A DNA stretch of 64,000 bases, from positions 4,782,954 through 4,846,953 of the forward strand of contig CM120644.1 of the NCBI GenBank assembly GCA_051362555.1. Direction: 5' to 3'. The position numbers and the translations under genes were made by a program. The DNA is from Lingula anatina (lineage: Eukaryota; Animalia; Brachiopoda). How positions within the stretch are numbered: the stretch's first letter is position 1; each line of letters opens with the position of its first letter. Positions 63,770 through 64,000 of this stretch are shown here, in pieces. The notes beneath the pieces are model-generated. The model had not been told where the DNA came from. It ran no database searches and worked only from the letters and a program-made list of their open reading frames with translations.

Positions 63770-64000
63770 GTCTCTTGTGTGTGTATCCATGGCAATGTCA
63801 GTCTCTTGTGTGTGTATCCATGGCAATGTCAGTCTCTTGTGTCTGTATCCATGGCAATGTCAGTCTCTTGTGTGTGTTTCCATGGCAATGTCAGTCTCTT
63901 GTGTGTGTATCCATGGCAATGTCAGTCTCTTGTGTCTGTATCCATGGCAATGTCAGTCTCTTGTGTGTGTATCCATGGCAATGTCAGTCTCTTGTGTGTG
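63770..64000. repeat. 31-bp minisatellite GTCTCTTGTGTGTGTATCCATGGCAATGTCA, at least 7.5 copies, runs off the window
   Basis: Near-identical head-to-tail copies with no spacers. Confidence 0.95.

Noticed and set aside
63770-64000. 31-bp repeats of CRISPR-like length
   Set aside because: Head-to-tail with no unique spacers, eukaryotic context, no cas genes; it is a minisatellite.

Overview
AT-rich, intron- and repeat-rich animal genomic DNA, probably an invertebrate and plausibly a lophotrochozoan (taxon not provable from this window). The short-ORF track is mostly noise, so genes were rebuilt by hand from GT-AG splice sites with reading-phase checks. Left end: the last five coding exons of a TMEM106-family gene (+). 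Right half: a complete 12-coding-exon GALNT11-like polypeptide GalNAc-transferase (-, 656 aa), plus a candidate upstream spliced exon carrying a small ORF. Between them is a tandem cluster of three minus-strand genes for secreted PAN/apple-domain proteins built entirely from phase-1 exons. Gene A (349 aa) has 2 PAN domains. Gene B (697 aa) has 5 PAN domains and a degenerate SUEL/rhamnose-binding lectin domain. Gene C (237 aa) has 2 PAN domains and a Tyr-rich CxxxC-x5-CxxxC tail. A and B end in a charge-free P/N/Q/F/T tail of 127-128 aa, then F-G-KRRKR and a 16-aa peptide ending in Gly-stop; C ends in G-R-K-stop. All three therefore carry convertase/amidation-type C-termini. This cluster is the most unusual system in the window. 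Introns and intergenic DNA hold Tc1/mariner relics, an Academ-like element whose empty site is visible in the paralog, Kolobok-like, hAT-like and foldback MITEs (some nested), minisatellites and microsatellites.
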